Shown here piece by piece: positions 57,388-64,000 of a stretch of 64,000 bases of DNA. Position 1 is the stretch's first letter, and each line of letters opens with the position of its first letter. This stretch comes from Gekko japonicus. Taxonomy: Eukaryota. The stretch covers positions 1 through 64,000 of the forward strand of contig NW_015165353.1 in the NCBI RefSeq assembly GCF_001447785.1. The letters are read 5' to 3'. Both the position numbers and the translations under genes were made by a program. A model generated the notes under the pieces. The model was given only the letters and a program-made list of their open reading frames with translations. It made no database searches and was not told where the DNA came from.

Positions 57388-59832
57388 ATGGACCATAGCT
57401 TCAGGATCATGAAAGGTCTGTACCTTTTTTTCTTACTCTCTCTGTCTGGAGTGGTGTGTGTCTCAATTCGCTATTCTTTGCCTGAGGAGAAGAAAAGTGG
57501 GTCTCTGGTGGCTAATGTGCTGAAGGATTTGAAGCTGGGACTGGGGGAGCTCTCTGCTCGCAGAGCCCAGCTGGTTTCCAAAAGCAAGAAGCAGTATTTC
57601 CAGCTGGATGATCATTCTGGGAATCTATTTGTAAATGAAAAGATAGACAGGGAAGCTTTATGTGATGAGATGGAGCCTTGCTTACTATTGTCTGAAATTG
57701 TGCTCCAGAACCCCTTAACAATCTACAGCATTGAGATGCAGGTAGAAGATATAAATGACAACTCTCCAGCATTCTCTCAAACTGAACTTGACCTGTCCAT
57801 TCCTGAGAATGTTCCCACAAACACTCGATTCCCATTGGAATCTGCCCAAGATATAGACATGGGCAAAAACAGTATTCAGAATTACACCCTTAGTCCCAAT
57901 GAAAATTTTCACTTGGAAATTCACAGTGGCAGGAGTGGAAAGAAGCATTTGGAACTTGTTCTGGAGAAACCACTAGACAGGGAGAAAGAGGCTCAGTTGG
58001 GGCTGACCCTCACAGCAGTTGATGGAGGGGTGCCCCAGAGAACGGGAACAGTTCTAATAAAGGTCAGTGTTCTGGACAGTAATGACAACTTCCCTGAGTT
58101 TGCACAATCTGAATATACAGTAGGTTTAAAGGAAAACAGCCCTCGGGATACTCTGGTCTTGAAAGTGGAAGCCAGAGATTTAGATTTTGGTTCAAATGCA
58201 GAAATAACCTACTCCTTCCATCAGGTGCCTGAGAAAATAAGGCATTTATTCCACTTGCATCAAACTACTGGGGAAATCACTGTTTTGGGTCCAATTGACT
58301 ATGAAAAGGTAACCAGCTATTATTTGAACATCAAGGCAACTGATGGAGGGGGTCGTTCAGGCCACTGCAAAGTCCTGGTGGAAATTGAGGATGAGAATGA
58401 CAATGCCCCTGAGATATCGGTCATAACCATCATCAGCCCTTTGGCAGAAGATTCTCCCCTAGATACTCTGGTCGTGCTCTTCAGTGTCGCAGACCAAGAT
58501 TCTGGAGACAATGGGAGGACCTCCTGCTCTGTAGGGATACAGTCACCATTTCTGTTAAAAAAGACACTGAACAATTATTATCAACTTGTGACACAAAGTC
58601 CACTAGACAGAGAGAAAGTTTCTGAGTATAACATCACCATCACAGCGACTGACCAGGGCTCTCCAAGGCTCATTACAAAAAGAACAATTATGGTTTTAAT
58701 CTCAGACGTCAATGACAACTCTCCAGAGTTTGAGAAGTCCAAGTATGAAATGCAAGTTTGGGAAAACAACATTCCAGGCCTGCTGATGGGTTCGGTCCAT
58801 GCTGTCGATCTGGACGTGGAGCAGAATGCCAAGGTGACCTATTCTCTTGTGCCTGGAAATGCCAGTGGTTCTCCCGTGGCCCCCTATGTTTCCATCAACT
58901 CTGAGACGGGGAACCTCTATGTCCTGCGATCTCTGGATTATGAGCAGATCAAGGAGTTCCAAGTGAGAGTGAGGGCTTCAGATGGGGGCTCTCCTCCACT
59001 GAGCTCGGAAGTTGTTGTTCGAGTTGTGATCCTGGATGAAAACGATAATACCCCCTTTTTCCTCTACCCACTTCAGAACAGCACCTCCCCCTTCAACGAG
59101 CTGGTTCCCAAGTCAGCGGAGGCCGGTTACCTGGTCGCCAAGGTGGTGGCTGTGGATGGGGATTCGGGCCAGAACTCTTGGCTGTCCTATGAACTGCTGA
59201 AGGCCACGGACCCCGGCCTTGTCAGCATAGGAGCCCAGAACGGAGAAGTTAAAACCAGGAGACCACTGACAGAGCGAGACACAAACAAGCAGAGACTGAT
59301 TATCCTGGTGAGAGACAACGGCCACCCTCCCCAGACCAGCACTGCAACACTGAATGTCCTTCCTGTGGATGGCTTTTCAGATCCTTATCTGAATATTGCA
59401 AGCGTCAGTCACGAAGCCGGTGAAGAAGATGGCTCCTTGACCATGTACCTGGTGATCTGCTTGGCTGCGGTGTCCTTTGTGTTCCTGATTTGCATCATTG
59501 TGTTTGTTGTCATCAAAATGCACAAGAAAGAGTCTAGTTTTATCTCTGCCCTTCCTCAGTTCCCACGTGCCTTACCTGAGATCCCAGAAACTGGTATTGA
59601 TTCTCAGAATGGATCACTTTCCCGGACTTACCACTATGATGTTTGCCTAACTGGTGGATCACTAAGCAGCGAGTTCAGATTCCTTAGGCCTCTCATTCCT
59701 GTTTTTTCTGTGGGGGACCCAAATATCTCTGAGAATCACAGGATTTCTTCTGTCTCTCAAGAGACTCCTGGGCACGTGGAGGGCCAAAACCCAAAGGAAC
59801 AGGTAAGTAAATACCTGGGGGGGTTTTCTTAA
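57388..59832 (+). CDS. PCDHB: Protocadherin-beta-type variable exon B5 (intact, 814 aa if unspliced)
   Basis: Complete signal peptide, EC1-EC6, TM and tail. Donor CAG|GTAAGT after 59802. Confidence 0.95.
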   Translation: MDHSFRIMKGLYLFFLLSLSGVVCVSIRYSLPEEKKSGSLVANVLKDLKLGLGELSARRAQLVSKSKKQYFQLDDHSGNLFVNEKIDREALCDEMEPCLLLSEIVLQNPLTIYSIEMQVEDINDNSPAFSQTELDLSIPENVPTNTRFPLESAQDIDMGKNSIQNYTLSPNENFHLEIHSGRSGKKHLELVLEKPLDREKEAQLGLTLTAVDGGVPQRTGTVLIKVSVLDSNDNFPEFAQSEYTVGLKENSPRDTLVLKVEARDLDFGSNAEITYSFHQVPEKIRHLFHLHQTTGEITVLGPIDYEKVTSYYLNIKATDGGGRSGHCKVLVEIEDENDNAPEISVITIISPLAEDSPLDTLVVLFSVADQDSGDNGRTSCSVGIQSPFLLKKTLNNYYQLVTQSPLDREKVSEYNITITATDQGSPRLITKRTIMVLISDVNDNSPEFEKSKYEMQVWENNIPGLLMGSVHAVDLDVEQNAKVTYSLVPGNASGSPVAPYVSINSETGNLYVLRSLDYEQIKEFQVRVRASDGGSPPLSSEVVVRVVILDENDNTPFFLYPLQNSTSPFNELVPKSAEAGYLVAKVVAVDGDSGQNSWLSYELLKATDPGLVSIGAQNGEVKTRRPLTERDTNKQRLIILVRDNGHPPQTSTATLNVLPVDGFSDPYLNIASVSHEAGEEDGSLTMYLVICLAAVSFVFLICIIVFVVIKMHKKESSFISALPQFPRALPEIPETGIDSQNGSLSRTYHYDVCLTGGSLSSEFRFLRPLIPVFSVGDPNISENHRISSVSQETPGHVEGQNPKEQVSKYLGGFS

Positions 59833-60207
59833 TTGTCCCATGTCATACAGAAATTTCAGCTAGGTTATGTGACATAATTTTTTTAATTTTTTTTTTTAAA
59901 TTTATCTTTAAATTTATACCCCACCTTCCCCGAAGGCTGAGGGCAGCTCACAAGGGGCACGAATGCCCAAGTTAAAACATTAAAACAGTACAGAACAACA
60001 TACAATACAATAAATACAATTCACTAAAATTTACTTTACGGTGCTCCAAAATTATTTAACTATAAAATTCAACTCTCGGTCACATTTTTATTTATTAATT
60101 TCTGCTTCTCTCTGCTAATTCACTGCATTTCTCCTTATTGGAGACATCTATCATTACTAGATAAGTCTCCTTTGAGAACAGCGTATGTATCTGCATTGAG
60201 TTCAGGA

Positions 60208-60815
60208 TACAATAACAAAAGCAAAATACACCATGGAGAGCACAAATTACCAGTACATGGTATTCTTCAGAGCCAATATATTCTTGTGGAACCACACTGG
60301 TTCCATATTTTGCATGCCTTATCATACTCCCACATGGGAGAACCGCTTTGCCAAAAGGAGTGCAACTGAGCCCATGTGGTAAGACATGCAAAATATGGAG
60401 ACAGGTTGGTTCCATAAGAATATATTGGCTCTGAAGAATAATAATGGAAACTCTCTTAGCCAACAAGAAACGTCAGCCAGTTTTCTCAGCCTCCCTGAAG
60501 ACCTGAAAGTTTGGAACCTAAGAAGCAGTAAAGAAGATAACAGTTGTTTTCAAGGGCTGCATACAGCCCATTCACTGGTCTTGCTCTAGGAAGGTTTCTT
60601 TGTGTATCCCTGCACTTGTGTATTTGTTTCAAAGCCTCAGTGCTTTAACAAGTAACAAGTATATGTGGATCATACGAAAAGATTTACATTCTAATCTCTA
60701 TGCATGATTCTTTCATTCATTCTATTTGAGACATGTGCCTTTAAGTAGCACTTGAATGTTATTGGACCTTGAGTAATTTGTGCTCTCCATGGTGTATTTT
60801 GTTTTTGTTATTGTA
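60208..60815. mobile_element. Fold-back insertion, probably Penelope-like
   Basis: 43-bp inverted ends (60208-60250 / 60773-60815), inner inverted pair (about 60262-60328 / 60374-60440) and a hammerhead-like motif. Absent at the paralogous site, about 45920. Confidence 0.6.
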
Positions 60816-61826
60816 CTCAGTATCTCTGTGGTCCCCTTGTATTTAATTTTGAGTTCAGGATATTCAGCTGTAGTTCTCCATCTCCTTTAGGGTTGTCTGT
60901 TTATGATCCCTGTTGTTTTCCTTATTAGTCTGTACTCCTTGATGTCAGATCCTCCTGTGTCTAGAACCCATGGAATGTTTTTTCATTGAGGCAACTATCC
61001 TTTTGAAGCTGGCTCATCCTCTTATTCTGGTGGTCCTCTGCCCCTTCTTTCCATTGGACCTCTTCTTCCACAGATCATTTAATCAAGCCCATTTTGCCAA
61101 GCCCAATGTTGAATGCTGGGATTCTTTCTTCAACCCTCCTGCCTCCTGGTCATTAGCTTTCTGACTTTCTGGAGCTTTTTACACTTAAGCCTGACACCTG
61201 ACTTTGTGAGAAAATCAGAGCTTCTCCATGTATGCCAGTATGAGACACAATAAAGCTATGAAATGTTAGTTCTATATTTTCATTTTCATACACTGTGGGT
61301 GGGAACACAGCCAGTTTAAAATACGAGTATATTACCCACACATTTCCTATGTTTCTTATGTTTCCTTCATATTTGATGATGCTCCCCTAAGATGGCTGCA
61401 AACAAACTCTTCTCAGGCTTGTTTTTGCCTCTCTTCTATTTCCTGGGGAGCCATAGCACCACCTGCCCTGATCACTGAGCCCGTCAAGGTGCACAGACAT
61501 AATTAGACCAACAGTCAGGCATAGAGAACCTTGAAAGGGAAAGTAGGAGGTAGGAACACAGAGTGACACATTGCCAAGAATTCCTGGTTAGTGTGAAAGT
61601 GAGAGAAGGAAAGTTGTTTTTGTTTGTTTTAATGGTTTTAAAATGTGATTTTTAAATCCCATATGTTTTAATTTGTTAGCAGCCCTGGATGGACCAGTGA
61701 GAGTGGAAAGGTGGGGTACACATTTTGTTAAATAAATAAATACTTAGTCCCACTAATAGGGGGAGCACTCCTACCCTCCGCTCCTTGCTGCTGCCCAGTA
61801 CAGCACTAGGAGAAATTGTGGCACCA

Positions 61827-63475
61827 AAGTTGAAATTGTCACGCTGCCATGCAATGCTTTGCCCTGCCCCCAAAGGTCCCCAGAGCTGAAGCCCCCCTGG
61901 CTGGCAACCCAACTCACTGTACTCAATAGCCTGCATTTGGGGGTGGGGCTGCTGAGACAATGGGGCTGCTGAGTAAATGGTCTTCCACCCCAAAGTATGA
62001 CACTAATGCCCCATAGGGTAGTTAGAGGTGGGCCAAACAAGAGAGGCAAGGGTTTGGAAAGAATGGGAACAGTAACTGATGCAAACTGGGCTTCCAACCC
62101 TCAGACCTGCCTTTCAGTCTTCCTTATCCAGGAAAAGTCTCATTGCCAGGAATAAACCATAATACAATAGATGGAGGGGGTAGCAGTATGACAATAATAA
62201 TTACAATAGAATTACTGCAAAACGTGCAAATATTATGGAATCCAATATAACATGCAGTCAAAATGTAATCAGTCCATTGTTTTAATCTCTTTTCAACAGT
62301 GAAGACGTCAAAGATGAAAAGTGAAGACGTCAACGAAGAAAGAATGGACGAGCTTCCCCGGAGTTACCACTCGTTTCGAATTTTCTTTTTCATACATAAG
62401 ATCTCAGCTCTGCATCCGCATAATCACAAGGTTTCCAAATTGGACTCTTTCTAATTCCTAAATACTTCAAAAGTAGTTCACATCAGGCTCTTAGCCAATA
62501 TATCTAACCCGGGCTGATCAGTGGTAACGAGTGGTAACTCCGGGGAAGTTCGTCCATTTTTTCTTCATTGACGTCTTTACTCTTCATCTTTGACGTCTTC
62601 ACTGTTAAAAAGAGATTAAAACAATAAACTGATTACATTTTGACTGCATGTTATATTGGATTCTATAATATTTGCACATTTTGCAGTAATTCTATTGTAA
62701 TTAGGAATAAACCATAGGCAAAACCCCTCTTTTCTCTTTTTAAGTAAACCAGCCTAATAATATATCAATTTTTAATAGAGTATAAGGTCAGCCATCTTTA
62801 TGCCCCCCGTTTTAAGGCCCATGTTAAAGGGTCCTTGCCCTGCATGTGGTGGCATGGTGCCCTTTGTGGACTGCCAGAGGCACATCCACTGGCCATTCAA
62901 AGATAATTATAAAGTCCTTAAGAGGCAGAAGTTGAAATTGCCATGCTGCCATGCAATGGTTTGCCCTGCCCCCAAAGGTCCCCAGAGTTGAAGCCCACCT
63001 GGCTGGCAACCCAACTCACTGTACTCAATAGCCTGCATTTGGGGGTGGGGCTGCTGAGACAATGGGGCTGCTGAGTAAATGGTCTTCCACCCCAAAGTAT
63101 GACACTAATGCCCCATAGGGTAGTTAGAGGTGGGCCAAACAAGAGAGGCAAGGGTTGGGAAAGAATGAGAACAGGAACTGATGCAAATTGGGCTTCCAAC
63201 CCTCAGACTTGCCTTTCAGTCTTCCTTATCCAGGAAAAGTCTAATTGCTAGGGATAAACCATAGGCAAACCCCCTCTTTTCTCTTTTTAAGTAAACCAAC
63301 CTAATAATATATCAATTTTTAATAGAATATAAGGCCAGCCATCTGTATGGCCCCCGTTTTAAGGCCCATATTAAAGGGTCCTTGCCCTGCATGTGGTGGC
63401 ATGGTGCCCTTTGTGGACTGCCAGAGGCACAACCACTGGCCATTCAAAGATAATTATAAAGTCCTTAAGAGGCAG
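61827..63475 (+). repeat. Diverged 547-bp tandem duplication (61827-62928 including an insertion / 62929-63475)
   Basis: AAGT junction microhomology. First copy = 547 + 541-bp insert + 14-bp TSD = 1102 bp. Confidence 0.85.
62162..62702. mobile_element. Fold-back insertion with about 175-bp inverted arms and a 14-bp TSD
   Basis: About 62199-62375 is the inverse of about 62526-62702. AGGAATAAACCATA at 62148-62161 and 62703-62716. Empty site at about 63250. Confidence 0.8.
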
Positions 63476-64000
63476 AAGTAACAGCAGAATGTATCCAAAC
63501 GCTTCCCATGGCTCTAAGAGCTCACGTTACAGGTTGCAGTTCTTTCTCCCTCACTAGAAGGGGAGACAAATCTCCGTGGTACGCTCACATAAGATTTTTC
63601 ACAGGCATGAAAATAAATAGCAGCAAGACATCTCTGAATGTTAAAATGCAATGTGCAGCTGTGCAAAGGAAAGCAAGCCCTGGTACATTCACAGATTCTC
63701 ATAGAGTCCTTAAGAGAACGAGGTAGCAACAAAATAGGTCTGGGTGCTTCTCACAGCTCTAGTATCTTATCTCACAGGTTCTCTTTCCCACACCAAAGAG
63801 GGAGACACAAATCTCAGTGGTACACTCTCACAAGATAGGCACAAACACCACAGTTCATAGCAGCAGGACATGGCTAAATGTTAACATGCAGCTGTGCAAA
63901 GTGATGCAAGTCCTCAAATGATCACTGGATGAAGGTCTAATTATACTACCTCAAGCACAAAGGAGGGCAGGGATGGGCAGCCAGTCTCTCTCAACACAGG

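Noticed and set aside
62395-62490. KYLGI and YADA peptides on the minus strand of the fold-back spacer
   Set aside because: The order is reversed relative to reverse transcriptases and the frame is very short, so probably chance.

Overview
Vertebrate genomic DNA from a squamate reptile, probably a gekkotan lizard (inferred from Sauria SINEs, BovB and the MITE families). It covers part of the clustered protocadherin locus. There are nine tandem + strand protocadherin-beta-type variable exons of two subfamilies, called A and B here. Four are intact (15643, 27758, 52222, 57388). One is broken only by an exact 413-bp tandem duplication (11058). Two are frameshifted (32217, 42982) and two are decayed relics (about 360-1925 and 48378-49640). 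Every exon with a surviving 3' end finishes in a phase-0 CAG|GT splice donor, which suggests these beta-type exons splice to a downstream constant region, unlike the canonical single-exon mammalian Pcdhb genes. Every promoter has a forward CTCF-type element 230-290 bp upstream of the ATG, and none of the eight copies contains a CpG. The array appears to have grown by duplication of an A-B-B cassette, with 3' homogenisation. Intergenic DNA holds a near-complete BovB LINE inserted into an orphan promoter, plus CR1, L1 and L2 fragments, SINEs, hAT, Harbinger-like and mariner-like MITEs, two probable solo LTRs and Penelope-like fold-back insertions with hammerhead-like motifs. There is one assembly gap (34061-34513). 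All coordinates and alignments were read by eye.
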